Position numbers and translations under genes: made by a program. Positions 36,974 through 46,931 of a stretch of DNA of 64,000 nt are shown one piece after another (position 1 is the first letter of the stretch; each line of letters begins with the position of its first letter). Source of the stretch: Sedimentisphaerales bacterium (GTDB lineage: Bacteria; Planctomycetota; Phycisphaerae; Sedimentisphaerales; UBA12454); contig JAFGGI010000015.1 of assembly GCA_016930635.1 (NCBI GenBank), positions 10,254-74,253 of the forward strand, written 5' to 3'. Below the pieces are notes generated by a model that worked only from the letters and a program-made list of their open reading frames with translations, ran no database searches and was not told the origin of the DNA.

Positions 36974-38311
36974 ATGATAAAGGAACTGCAGAAAATAATT
37001 ATTTCACAAACATCGAGGGGTTTTGCCAAATCCATCGAAGATTATCGAAACCAATTAACAAGTCTGGCCAGATTCGATGGTAGAGCGGAACAGACGAAGA
37101 TTGTCTGGGAAGTTCTCAGAGAAATTGATGCAGATACTGACGAAAAAGCCGATAGGGCTGTTATAAAATACACCAAAAAATTCGACGGAGTCAATCTAAC
37201 ACCGGATAAGATCAGAGTATCAAGAAGAGAACTGCAGGCTGCTCACAAGAAAATCGACAAAAAGCTTTTAAGCTCAATAAAACGGTCTATTGCCAATGTA
37301 AGAAAGTATCAAAAAGGCATATTTGTCCCAAATAAGAGCAAATCTTTTAAGAATGGGACGGCTATTAAGTGCATGCCATTGAAAAGTGTTGGCGTATATG
37401 TACCTGCCGGGACTGCGCCTTTGCCTTCGACTGTGATTATGGCTGTAGTGCCTGCACAGGTTGCGGGAGTAAAAAGAATAGTAGTTGTTTCACCGCCTCG
37501 ATGTAATAGTGACATTCATCCGGTCATCAAAGCGGTATGTTTTGAACTCGGAGTTATCGAAGTTTATCGTGTTGGAGGCGTCCAGGCGATTGGTGCACTT
37601 GCTTCGAAAAGAGGAACAATACCATTGGTAGATAAAATCGTTGGGCCGGGCAGCCGATGGGTACAGACGGCTAAAAAAGCTGTTGCATCTTCTTATGCTG
37701 CGATTGAATCTATTGCAGGCCCCAGTGAAGTACTGATAATTGCAAATGAAAGTGCTGATCCAGCCTGGGTTGCAGCGGATATGTTGAGCCAGGCGGAACA
37801 TAATATTGGATGCGGTATTGTATTTACTACTTCTAAAAAACTTGTTCACCAGATAATAAGTCAGCTTAAAGTTCAGATAACTAAACTCGGCAGATCGAAA
37901 GAGACGGCCGATTGCATAAAGAAATACAGCCGGGTGGTTGTCTTCAAAAATATGAAAGACCTTATTATCTGGGCAAACGAATTTGCGCCGGAACATTTAC
38001 AAATCCAGTGTGGAAAGAAAAGTATGCAAATTGCTTCAAAGATAGAAAACGCAGGAGCGATTTTTGTCGGCGAATATACACCGGTGGCAATAGGTGATTA
38101 TTGGGCAGGGCCGAGCCATATCCTTCCTACCGGCGGATGTGCGAGGTTTTCAAGTGCATTGACCAGCAATGATTTTGTAAAATCCATCAGCATTATCAGG
38201 TATGGCAGGAACATGCTGAAAAAAAGTGCGGATGATATCATTCGTTTGGCCGAGGCAGAAGGACTTGATGCGCACGCGAAAAGTGTTAAAATGAGGCTAA
38301 AAGAGGGGTGA
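36974..38311 (+). CDS. hisD: Histidinol dehydrogenase
   Basis: VGVYVP, PSTVIM, GGVQAI, VDKIVGPG, AGPSE, DMLSQAEH, APEHL, GDY.AGPSH.LPT, EGLDAHA. Confidence 0.95.
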   Translation: MIKELQKIIISQTSRGFAKSIEDYRNQLTSLARFDGRAEQTKIVWEVLREIDADTDEKADRAVIKYTKKFDGVNLTPDKIRVSRRELQAAHKKIDKKLLSSIKRSIANVRKYQKGIFVPNKSKSFKNGTAIKCMPLKSVGVYVPAGTAPLPSTVIMAVVPAQVAGVKRIVVVSPPRCNSDIHPVIKAVCFELGVIEVYRVGGVQAIGALASKRGTIPLVDKIVGPGSRWVQTAKKAVASSYAAIESIAGPSEVLIIANESADPAWVAADMLSQAEHNIGCGIVFTTSKKLVHQIISQLKVQITKLGRSKETADCIKKYSRVVVFKNMKDLIIWANEFAPEHLQIQCGKKSMQIASKIENAGAIFVGEYTPVAIGDYWAGPSHILPTGGCARFSSALTSNDFVKSISIIRYGRNMLKKSADDIIRLAEAEGLDAHAKSVKMRLKEG

Positions 38312-38362
38312 AATTCATTCGTCTCTTTTTAATTTCAGATTAATTTAATTTGGAGGAACAAA

Positions 38363-39376
38363 ATGAATAATGATAAAAAGTACTCTCAATTTGCTCTGGT
38401 CAGGGAGATGCTCCAGACGACTGATATTCTGCGTAATTTCAGTCTGAAAGATGCGGATAAAGTCATTGAATCTATCAAGCAACAGGGAAGGTTGTTTTTC
38501 ACCGGTGAAGGTTCGAGCAGAATCTTCCCAGCCAAGAATGCGATGTATTGTGCAAAGAGGGCCGGCTATAAGCTGGATTTGGCGACTGAAGGCGGGCTTC
38601 AGGCATGCAGCTATGATTTAAGTGACTCGGTTGTCTTTGGCGCTTCGAACAGCGGCCAGACAAAGGAAGTTATTCGCCTGTTTGACAGGCTCAAAGGCGT
38701 TGGTCATAAACATCTTTATGCACTTACCGCAAATAAAGATACCAAGCTGGAGTCTCTTTCTGCCCAGGCCTTTATCTTAAGCTGCGGCAAGGAAGATGCG
38801 GTAGCTGCTACCAAGAGTGTTGCCGAGCAGGCCCTGTTTTATCAGGTGCTTCTTGCTGCGACGCAGGGCGTTGATATTACCGGCAAAATCGGTGCTCTTG
38901 CCGATGCGGTTAATACTGCTCTTACGATGTCGATAGATCCGGGAATTACCAAGGCGATAGCTTCAGCCGGGACGATTTACTTTGCAGGCAAAAATGACGG
39001 TGTCGCTGAGGAATTGACTTTGAAGACTAACGAAATTACCCGCAAAAAGAGTGATTTCCTTGAGGGTACTTATGCAGTTCACGGGGTCGAGGAAGTTATG
39101 AATGCCGATGATGTTGTTATCCTGATGGACCCATTCAAGAGTGAGCTTGAGAAAATAAAGCAGACTCTCGTCGAAGGTGTCGGCCTGCAAGTTTTTGCTG
39201 TATGTGATGAAGATACTATTTTCCCGACTATTAAGGTTCCTGATATTGGCGAGATGAATAATTATGTTTACTTAGCTGCCGGCTGGAACATTCTTGTTGA
39301 AGTGGGCGTATCATTGGGTATTAATCTTGATAAACCTGAGCGGGCCAGAAAAGTAGGCAATGAGTTTATAGAGTAA
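38363..39376 (+). CDS. SIS-domain sugar-phosphate isomerase (GlmS C-terminal-like)
   Basis: GEGSS, SNSGQTKE, E.AVAATKS, E..LK..EI, LDKP. Confidence 0.85.
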   Translation: MNNDKKYSQFALVREMLQTTDILRNFSLKDADKVIESIKQQGRLFFTGEGSSRIFPAKNAMYCAKRAGYKLDLATEGGLQACSYDLSDSVVFGASNSGQTKEVIRLFDRLKGVGHKHLYALTANKDTKLESLSAQAFILSCGKEDAVAATKSVAEQALFYQVLLAATQGVDITGKIGALADAVNTALTMSIDPGITKAIASAGTIYFAGKNDGVAEELTLKTNEITRKKSDFLEGTYAVHGVEEVMNADDVVILMDPFKSELEKIKQTLVEGVGLQVFAVCDEDTIFPTIKVPDIGEMNNYVYLAAGWNILVEVGVSLGINLDKPERARKVGNEFIE

Positions 39377-39395
39377 ATTTCATCGCTGATTTTCC

Positions 39396-39424
39396 AAAAG
39401 CCCCCGCATATCGGGGGCTTTTTT
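39396..39424 (+). terminator. Rho-independent terminator
   Basis: aaaagcccccg-catat-cgggggctttttt. Confidence 0.85.
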
Positions 39425-39535
39425 ATGCGATAAAACAGGATATTTTTATTTGATAAAATCGATAATTCCTGATATACTAAATACTTGGTAGATATTCTTT
39501 AACTGCTGTTTTTAGCAGTCAGGAGATTTAAGAAT

Positions 39536-41098
39536 ATGCAATTATCTGACATAGAGTTATTTTTCAATCCTCTGAGGGTCGTTTTTCTGATTTTCTGGTT
39601 TTTCCTGTGTATGTATCTGGTTCAGCGCTTTGAGTACAGCCCGATAATTCCTGATAAAATAAGGGCAAGTGTGAATGTTCTGATATTAATTTTCGGGCCG
39701 ATTGTCCTTTTTATTTTTCTCGTACTTGAAGTGTTCCAGAAAGTACAGGGCTATGGGATGCCTTTTTTTGAGGCGATTAAAAGAGCCCTGAGCAGAGCAA
39801 ATGAAATTGTGGATCTCAGTCATGTTACCGGTGCACGCGGCAAGGAATCTATAGTTTTAGTTGATTTGATGGGCAGAAATCTATTTGAAGTATATGGCAG
39901 CGACAAAGAACACGAGAACGATAAATATACAGTTGAAGATACTCTTAAGCATACCCAGAGCGTAATAGCAGGCGCTGTTGAACGTCTTGCCAGTGATATT
40001 CTAATAGACCCTGTCAGCAGTGATAATTATGTGGTCAGATATAGAATCGATGGTATGTTGAGAACCATTGAAGATGTGGATTTCAAACGCTGTATGGCAA
40101 TAGTTAACAGCATCAAGGCTATTTCCGGTATGGATATTGCCGAACGCCGTCGCCCGCAGGATGGTGCTTTTATAGCCAGGACTTCCCAGAACGATATTTC
40201 ATTCAGAGTGGCAAGTGCCGGTGTTTTAAATGGTGAAAAGCTTTCAATAAGAATCCTTAATCAGCCCGTTATGCAATTGACGCTTGAAGATCTTGGTATG
40301 AGTGAAAAATACCAGAAACTTGCAAAAGAAAAGAGCAATCATCAGTCTGGAATGATTCTTGTCTGCGGTCCGACCGGCAGCGGCAAGAGTACCACTATGC
40401 AGGCAATGCTCAGAGAGCTGGATTTCTTCACGCGCAACGTAATAACTATCGAAGATCCGATAGAATATGTTTTACCCAAAGCCAGTCAGATAGAGATAAA
40501 TACCAAGGCCGGCATAACGTTTGCGAAAACACTGCGAAGTGTTCTCCGTCAGGACCCTGATGTGATATTTGTAGGTGAAATAAGAGATGAAGAGACCGCT
40601 TCGATAGCTTTAGGTGCTGCTCAAACAGGTCATCTTGTCTTCGCAACAATTCACAGCAGCAGCAATGCGGCATCTATTGTTCGTCTGACAGATCTTGGTA
40701 TAAAACCGCTTCTTATTACATCAGCCATCAGTTTGATCATTTCTCAAAGACTTATACGCAGGCTGTGTCCTAAATGCAAAATGTCAGTAAAACTTGATGA
40801 TACCCAGATGGCAAAACTCCAAAGCAAAAAAGTGGATACAAGTAAAATGATGCGAGCGATCGGCTGTGGTTACTGCGGCGAGACGGGATATAAAGGCAGA
40901 ATAGCTATCTTTGACATGATGATTCTTAATGATAGTGATAAAGCCAAGATTCTTTCGTCTGATTTTTCAGTTAGCAATTTTAAGAATGCCGGTGATGAGC
41001 AGTATAGGGCAAATCTGAAAAAACAGGCGATGAAACTTGCGCTGACAGGTGTGACAAGTATCGAAGAAGTAAAGAGAGTAACTTCCAATCTTGGATAA
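39536..41098 (+). CDS. GspE/PilB-family ATPase with N-terminal TM helices (copy 1, canonical motifs)
   Basis: RIDG, DIAERRRPQDG, GPTGSGKST, TIEDPIE, LRQDPD..VGEIRD, TGHLVFATIH, two CxxC. Confidence 0.9.
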   Translation: MQLSDIELFFNPLRVVFLIFWFFLCMYLVQRFEYSPIIPDKIRASVNVLILIFGPIVLFIFLVLEVFQKVQGYGMPFFEAIKRALSRANEIVDLSHVTGARGKESIVLVDLMGRNLFEVYGSDKEHENDKYTVEDTLKHTQSVIAGAVERLASDILIDPVSSDNYVVRYRIDGMLRTIEDVDFKRCMAIVNSIKAISGMDIAERRRPQDGAFIARTSQNDISFRVASAGVLNGEKLSIRILNQPVMQLTLEDLGMSEKYQKLAKEKSNHQSGMILVCGPTGSGKSTTMQAMLRELDFFTRNVITIEDPIEYVLPKASQIEINTKAGITFAKTLRSVLRQDPDVIFVGEIRDEETASIALGAAQTGHLVFATIHSSSNAASIVRLTDLGIKPLLITSAISLIISQRLIRRLCPKCKMSVKLDDTQMAKLQSKKVDTSKMMRAIGCGYCGETGYKGRIAIFDMMILNDSDKAKILSSDFSVSNFKNAGDEQYRANLKKQAMKLALTGVTSIEEVKRVTSNLG

Positions 41099-41104
41099 CA
41101 AAAT

Positions 41105-41755
41105 ATGATGTTCAACCTGATGATATTAGTTGGTCTTATTTTTGCTCTTCTGGGCTATAAAAAAGCCTGGTATCCCAGCTGGGCCTTTTTGTTCAACATC
41201 CTGATTTCTGTCTATATAAGTATAATGGCTGTCCCGCAAATTGTTGATAATATCCCGGATATACGGAAATATTTGGGTGATTTTTCCTATGCGGCAGGGA
41301 TGTTCACAGCGGCTGTTGTTATATTTGCTGTCACACATTTTCTGACAGTGAGATTTTTAATATCAGGCTATCGCGCATCTTTTCCGAAATTGTTTAACAT
41401 CGCCGGTGCCGCAGTTCTCGGATTTTTCGCGGGACTGATATTAGCAGGCTTTTTGCTTTTTCTGGTAACAATACTTCCACTGGAGGATTGCCCGGCTGCT
41501 GAGTATCTTACAAAAATCGACCAAACTTCCACCGAACCAGGGATCGTTGTACGCCACAGCTGTAATGTCATACACAGTCTTTCCTTTCATGCCTATACGG
41601 TAGGGGTTGACAGACAAATCAGTAAAATCAGGGATGATTGGAGAGGTCCTGAGATTAAGCCGGAACCGGCAGATCCAAATTCTGACCCGAACAGTATAGA
41701 GGTTATCAATAAATTTGTAGTTGAAGCTAATGAAAGTGAATTCCGAAGAAAATAA
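41105..41755 (+). CDS. CvpA-like membrane protein (copy 1)
   Basis: Four hydrophobic segments, LGYKK.W, AGAAVLGFFAG. Confidence 0.6.
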   Translation: MMFNLMILVGLIFALLGYKKAWYPSWAFLFNILISVYISIMAVPQIVDNIPDIRKYLGDFSYAAGMFTAAVVIFAVTHFLTVRFLISGYRASFPKLFNIAGAAVLGFFAGLILAGFLLFLVTILPLEDCPAAEYLTKIDQTSTEPGIVVRHSCNVIHSLSFHAYTVGVDRQISKIRDDWRGPEIKPEPADPNSDPNSIEVINKFVVEANESEFRRK

Positions 41756-41917
41756 TCCTTCAAAGAGGGGACCTGTCATACTTTGCAATATTAATAAATA
41801 TGCGGGTTTTATGGATAATGAAATAAAAGTGTTTTTTCTTGATAAAATCCCGATTTATTGCTATGTTTAAACTGTCCTATAGTCGCTTATATCTCGGCAC
41901 GCAGGAGTTTTAGAAAT

Positions 41918-43471
41918 ATGGAATTATGTGGTTTAGAGTTATTCTACAGTCCCTTTAGAGTCATTTTTCTTGTTTTGTGGTTCTATCTGTGTATGTATCT
42001 GGTTCAGCGCTTTGAGTTTAGCCCGATCATTCCTGAAAAGTTAAAAATGGGCGGCATAAATGTCCTGATACTTATTTTCGGTCCTATTGTTATTTTCATT
42101 TTTGTCATACTCGACTCATTCGAAAAGGTCCAGCAGTACGGCATGCCCTTTTTAGAAGCTTTCAAAAGAGCGATAGGCAGAGCACGCGAGGTCGTGGATA
42201 TCAGCTATCTTGCCGGTGCCAGGGGTAAACATGCTGTTCTTATAGTGGACGCATTAGGCAGAAATCTTTCTGAAGTCTATGGAGATGCAGAACGCAACAA
42301 AGATGACAGAGAGACTATTGAACATACCCAGAATATAATAGCAATTGCTATCGAGCAGCTTGCCAGTGATATAATAATAGAGCCCACAGGCAATGATAAA
42401 TATATAGTACGATATAAAATCGATGGAACATTGAGAGATATTGAGGATGTGGAAAACAGGCGCTGCGCGGAAATCATTAACAGCATCAAGGCTATTTCCA
42501 GTATGGATATTGCCGAGCATGGCCCGCAGGAAGGTGCTTTTGTGGGCAGGACCCCAGGAAATGACATTTCCTTTCGTGTGACAAGCAGGCCAATTAGAGA
42601 AAGAGAAAAAATCTTAATACGGATTCTTAATCAGGCTATCAGAAAGTTCACACTTGCCGACATTGGTATGGATGAAAAATATCAGCAGGTCGTCAGAGAA
42701 GCTGTTTCCAAAAAATCGGGAATGATTATTGTTTGCGGTTCTTCCGGAAGCGGAAAGAGTACTACTATACAGGCTATGCTTATGGAACTGGACTTTACAT
42801 CACGTAATGTGGTAACTATCGAAAATCCGCTGGAGTATATTTTGCCGGGAGTTAACCAGATAGAAATTAAGGCCAGTGCCGGTATGACAGTTGAGAAGAC
42901 ACTGAAAAGTGTTTTAACCCAGAGTCCTGACGTGATATGTGTTGGTGAAATAGCGAATAAAGAAATTGCTTCCCTGGCTCTCGGAGCTTCTCAGGCAGGC
43001 CATCTTGTTTTTGCAACGCTGAATAGTGATAACAGTGCCACTGCAATTATTCGTTTGATAAAGTTCGGTATCAAGCCGATCCTGATTTCTTCGGCAATTG
43101 ATATGATTATCTCACAAAAGCTTGTTCGCAGACTCTGTCCGCAATGTAAGACAGTTGCGGTTCTTGATGAAGCTCAGCTTGAAAAACTCAAAGATAAAGA
43201 GGTGAATATCAATAAAATAATGCAATCGACAGGCTGCGGCTATTGCGGTGATACGGGATATAAAGGCAAAACGGGAGTCTTTGACATAATGATTCACGGT
43301 GATGATGTTAAGGCTAAGATACTTTCGTCTAATTTTTCGGTAAGTAAATTTGAGAATACCGGCAATGAGCAGCACAAGATAAACTTGAAAAAACAGGCGA
43401 TAAGGCTTGCTCTTAACGGAGTTACGAGCCTGGAGGAAATAAAAAGAATGACCCAGGACCTTGAGCGATAA
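41918..43471 (+). CDS. GspE/PilB-family ATPase paralog with degenerate motifs (copy 2)
   Basis: Collinear with 39536-41098; GSSGSGKST kept; AGGAG RBS before ATG 41918. Confidence 0.88.
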   Translation: MELCGLELFYSPFRVIFLVLWFYLCMYLVQRFEFSPIIPEKLKMGGINVLILIFGPIVIFIFVILDSFEKVQQYGMPFLEAFKRAIGRAREVVDISYLAGARGKHAVLIVDALGRNLSEVYGDAERNKDDRETIEHTQNIIAIAIEQLASDIIIEPTGNDKYIVRYKIDGTLRDIEDVENRRCAEIINSIKAISSMDIAEHGPQEGAFVGRTPGNDISFRVTSRPIREREKILIRILNQAIRKFTLADIGMDEKYQQVVREAVSKKSGMIIVCGSSGSGKSTTIQAMLMELDFTSRNVVTIENPLEYILPGVNQIEIKASAGMTVEKTLKSVLTQSPDVICVGEIANKEIASLALGASQAGHLVFATLNSDNSATAIIRLIKFGIKPILISSAIDMIISQKLVRRLCPQCKTVAVLDEAQLEKLKDKEVNINKIMQSTGCGYCGDTGYKGKTGVFDIMIHGDDVKAKILSSNFSVSKFENTGNEQHKINLKKQAIRLALNGVTSLEEIKRMTQDLER

Positions 43472-43480
43472 GGATCAAAA

Positions 43481-44071
43481 ATGGTTAAGCTGATAGTAGT
43501 TATAATTGGATTTGTTTTTGCCTTCTTAGGTTACAAAAAAGCCTGGTACCCAAGCTGGGCCTTTCTGTTCAATATCCTCGTTTCTCTTTATATAGGCATA
43601 ATGACTGCTCCGCAAATTGTGGATAAGATACCGGTAATCAGGCAATATATTGGTGATTATTCTTACTCAGCAGGCATTCTCGTATTAACCGCTATTGTTT
43701 TTGCAATAGTTCAGTTCCTGTCTGTCAGGTTTTTGATAACCGGCTACCGTGCCTCTTTTCCGAAAATTGTAAATATTGCCGGTGCTGCCTTTCTCGGATT
43801 CATGGCCGGTTTAACAATAGGAGGATTCTTATTTTTCCTGATATATATAACCCCTCTGCCGAAATATCAGGTTGTAGGCAAATTCCTCGCAGCAGATGAC
43901 CCGAATTCTCCACAGGGCAGTAGTTTTGTGCGAAGCAGATGTAATTTCATCCACGGCGTCTCTTTGCATGCCCAGACTATAGGGGTTGAAAAACAGATAA
44001 ACAAGATTTTAACCGGCTGGAAAGGCACAGGAACCCAGCCGGGCAAAAAACCTGCCGAGACTATTAAATAG
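43481..44071 (+). CDS. CvpA-like membrane protein (copy 2)
   Basis: Paralog of 41105-41755 (identical LGYKKAWYPSWAFLFNIL). Confidence 0.6.
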   Translation: MVKLIVVIIGFVFAFLGYKKAWYPSWAFLFNILVSLYIGIMTAPQIVDKIPVIRQYIGDYSYSAGILVLTAIVFAIVQFLSVRFLITGYRASFPKIVNIAGAAFLGFMAGLTIGGFLFFLIYITPLPKYQVVGKFLAADDPNSPQGSSFVRSRCNFIHGVSLHAQTIGVEKQINKILTGWKGTGTQPGKKPAETIK

Positions 44072-44335
44072 CGAATCCTCAATATTGCCCGCCAATTTGA
44101 GCATATCATAAGTTTTTGCCTAAAAAGAAGTTACACTAAATTGCCCACATATTTTCTCAAATCTGCTAATTTTACCTATTTTAACTAAAGCTTTTTTATG
44201 TCCTTTCCCGATACAAATTATAGATTGCCTAATTTAACAAATGGCAAAAATAGCGGAAGTAAATAAAAGTGATTTACGAGTCGGCAATGGACTCTGATTT
44301 AAATGGATCGAACAGGTGATTTTGGAGATTAGCAG

Positions 44336-45067
44336 ATGATAGATGAAATTTTCTTACAGCGGTATCTTGAAGCGCTTTTAGCAGGTGACAGAAGGCGGTG
44401 CAGAGAGGTGATTGAGGATATTCTTCATCACAACAGTGCCTCCATAACCGGCGTTTACAGCGATGTGATCTGGCCGATAATGGTAGAGATAGATATGCTC
44501 TATCGTGCTGAAAGGATCACCTCTGCCCAGGAGCACCTTGCATCCCGCATCAATCGTACTATTGTCGACCAGCTCCAGAACAAACTTCCCCGCCAGCCGA
44601 GAACGGAAAGGAAGGTTGTCATTTGCAGCTCTCTTCGGGAGATAAGCGAGCTCGGCAGTCAGATTATAGCCGATATGTTTGAAAGTGCCGGCTGGGATGT
44701 AAGATTTCTCGGCGGCGGTCTCAGCAATGATGATATTCTCTCGTATGTCCATCAGTTCTGCCCGGAGGTGCTTGTGATTTACGGTACCGAGCCGGCCGAA
44801 ACACCTCAGATCAGGAGTATAATTGACCGCATAAAGGAAGTAAACGCCTATCCCGATATGAGAATAATGCTGTCGGGCGGCATCTTCTCCAGGGCTGAAG
44901 GTCTGTGGGAAGAGATCGGCGCAGACCTTTTTGCGCCTAATGCCATAGAGGCCGTACAGCTTGCTTCGGACGAAAATCAGACACTGTGCAGACCTGTAAG
45001 GACTATAAATCAAAGAAAGCGAAAACAGCTTGCCGCCGTTGCGGAAGATAGAGAAGACGAAGAATAA
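44336..45067 (+). CDS. Cobalamin-binding-domain protein (cap plus Rossmann domain)
   Basis: YLEALLAGDR, IWP.M..I, ITSAQEHLA, GWDVRFLG, IMLSGG, GADLFA.NA.EAV. Confidence 0.8.
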   Translation: MIDEIFLQRYLEALLAGDRRRCREVIEDILHHNSASITGVYSDVIWPIMVEIDMLYRAERITSAQEHLASRINRTIVDQLQNKLPRQPRTERKVVICSSLREISELGSQIIADMFESAGWDVRFLGGGLSNDDILSYVHQFCPEVLVIYGTEPAETPQIRSIIDRIKEVNAYPDMRIMLSGGIFSRAEGLWEEIGADLFAPNAIEAVQLASDENQTLCRPVRTINQRKRKQLAAVAEDREDEE

Positions 45068-45107
45068 AAATTTTCTTTTTTGCGTTTTACATTTATAGAT
45101 GAGGGGG

Positions 45108-45138
45108 AAAAATCCGTCCCTTAGGGACGGATTTTTTT
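45108..45138 (+). terminator. Rho-independent terminator
   Basis: aaaaatccgtccc-tta-gggacggattttttt. Confidence 0.85.
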
Positions 45139-45265
45139 GCACACGTAAACCACCATTTAAGCTGATAATACAAGCTTTAAACCCGGTTTTTCTTGTTTTT
45201 ACGTACTTTTAAAGGTAAAATACCATGCTATTAGTTAGGTATAGAGAGCTGATTTTCGAAAATCT

Positions 45266-46336
45266 ATGAGAATTATGAGGAAGAAGATATTTATAATACT
45301 CGTGTCAATTTCTGCAGTTTCTCTGTTTTACTGGGCATGCGATAAAATCTTAACGAAGGATCCGGCCCAATACAGACATTTAGTTGAATTATGGCAGCAG
45401 GTGAAGGAGGAAAAAATCGAGAGTATTAAATTTATCCCTGCGATAAACTCAGATACCCGGGCAGTTAATAATGAAATCTTCCTTGAGGAAATGCTCACCC
45501 ACTGCGGATCATATATAGTTGACGTTAATACTTTGAAATGCTTAAGTTCTGGTATTCAGGTGCCCAAAGCAAGCCTGCCGGAGTGTATAGAGGTAATTGA
45601 CAAGTTAATTAAAAGCAAAAGTCCTGATTGGGTGCGTCAGCGAGGTCAGGTCTGGTTAGAAAAAATGCTGATTGTTACAAACAGGGGCCAATATATGGCT
45701 CAAATAGGAATGGATTCTTCTGAAATATCAGGACCGATGATTTATGGAGAGGAGTGGAAATCCAATGAGTTGGGCAAATTTCTTGCGAAACATTGTTTTC
45801 CCGACCTTGAATATGAATATACTATTCCACCGAAAGAACAGGTCGTGGCTATTTTGCTATATGCAGCTGAGTCCTCTTTGCCTTTAGCGATCTTCGGTGA
45901 CAAAAAACTGGCAGAAGAAATCTTATTTGACACCGATTTCTCGGATGATCCTAATGGATTTGGAGGAATCAAGAAGCTGTACAAGCTGATACGACTGTAT
46001 AGGTTCGGAGTTGAAGTTGAAATTGGAAAAGAAGGAACTATTACTAACAATAAACTTGAATCCCAAAGGTTGTTTGAAGATTATGAATGGCTGGAAAAAA
46101 TAATGGATGCGTATGAAATCGCGGTTGAGAACGCCAAAGGGAGAGAAAAATATTATCCCGGCCTTAAATCTTTCGATGCCAGGATAGTATTTATGACTCT
46201 ATATAAGGATTACTGGAAGGAGATTGTAATTACTGAAAATACAGTCAGTGATGACTATATGAGATCGCCACAACTCAAAGGATATTTCGACGAACTGGGC
46301 TTAACAGAAGAATTATTAGCGGCCAAATCACAGTAA
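45266..46336 (+). CDS. Hypothetical exported protein or lipoprotein
   Basis: 356-aa ORF with N-terminal basic plus hydrophobic segment followed by Cys. Confidence 0.7.
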   Translation: MRIMRKKIFIILVSISAVSLFYWACDKILTKDPAQYRHLVELWQQVKEEKIESIKFIPAINSDTRAVNNEIFLEEMLTHCGSYIVDVNTLKCLSSGIQVPKASLPECIEVIDKLIKSKSPDWVRQRGQVWLEKMLIVTNRGQYMAQIGMDSSEISGPMIYGEEWKSNELGKFLAKHCFPDLEYEYTIPPKEQVVAILLYAAESSLPLAIFGDKKLAEEILFDTDFSDDPNGFGGIKKLYKLIRLYRFGVEVEIGKEGTITNNKLESQRLFEDYEWLEKIMDAYEIAVENAKGREKYYPGLKSFDARIVFMTLYKDYWKEIVITENTVSDDYMRSPQLKGYFDELGLTEELLAAKSQ

Positions 46337-46389
46337 GATTTTGGTAAGAACCATGAAACCACCTCTATAAATAAAAGTTATTTCATCCA

Positions 46390-46450
46390 GTCCCGTTAGA
46401 GACAGGTTGTCCGAGACAACCGATATTCTTATGAGTATCTCTAACGGGAC
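46390..46450. repeat. Palindromic element, CCCGTTAGA/TCTAACGGG family, copy 1
   Basis: Perfect 13-bp IR gtcccgttagaga/tctctaacgggac, inner hairpin ggttgtc-cga-gacaacc, ccagtc direct repeats at 46387 and 46450. Confidence 0.85.
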
Positions 46451-46701
46451 CAGTCGTTTATATTTTTTGCGAGTATTTCAGGACTGCGAGACTTGATTAT
46501 GTGCTGTGCGATTTTTGGTGGGACTTTTAATTTCTTCAAATCAGAAGCAACCTGTTTCCACAATGTATCCTTTTTCGATTCACTCTCGGCCAAATAAATT
46601 TTACTCACAAGCTCGCCGAGCCTGGCCAAAGCGATCTTGTCCAGATTCCTGTAATAGTCCTTTATCAATTGCTTTTGATGATTGCTGTACGTTTTAGCCA
46701 T
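46441..46701 (-). CDS. Small conserved hypothetical protein
   Basis: YS.HQ..IK.YY.N.D.I...RL.ELV..IYLA pattern; GGAAGG upstream; stop supplied by the repeat. Confidence 0.75.
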   Translation of the reverse strand: MAKTYSNHQKQLIKDYYRNLDKIALARLGELVSKIYLAESESKKDTLWKQVASDLKKLKVPPKIAQHIIKSRSPEILAKNINDWSR

Positions 46702-46931
46702 TTGCGCCTTCCTGTTGTATCATTTTATCGTATAAGAACTTATATTCCCTGCAAAGTCAGCAAAAAAACACCCGTCTCAAATTACTGAACTTACAGCCAG
46801 TTGCTTTGCCCGGCATTTTATCGGACTGAGAATTATTTATCCCCATTATCAGTATAAATACAAGGTTTTTTCTGGCTTTACATATCGTTAAAGCTATAAT
46901 CACTGGCGGTTAAGGATGACGAATAGTTGAT

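Noticed and set aside
44186-44214. Sigma28-like promoter TAAA...CCCGATAC
   Set aside because: Spacer is 17 nt rather than the usual 15; not enough support
44378-45142. 254-aa minus-strand ORF
   Set aside because: Antisense shadow of the B12-binding gene, starting in the terminator, with no motifs
45141-46368. aaaccacc on both sides of the 45266 orphan gene as an insertion duplication
   Set aside because: Only 8 bp with no further similarity
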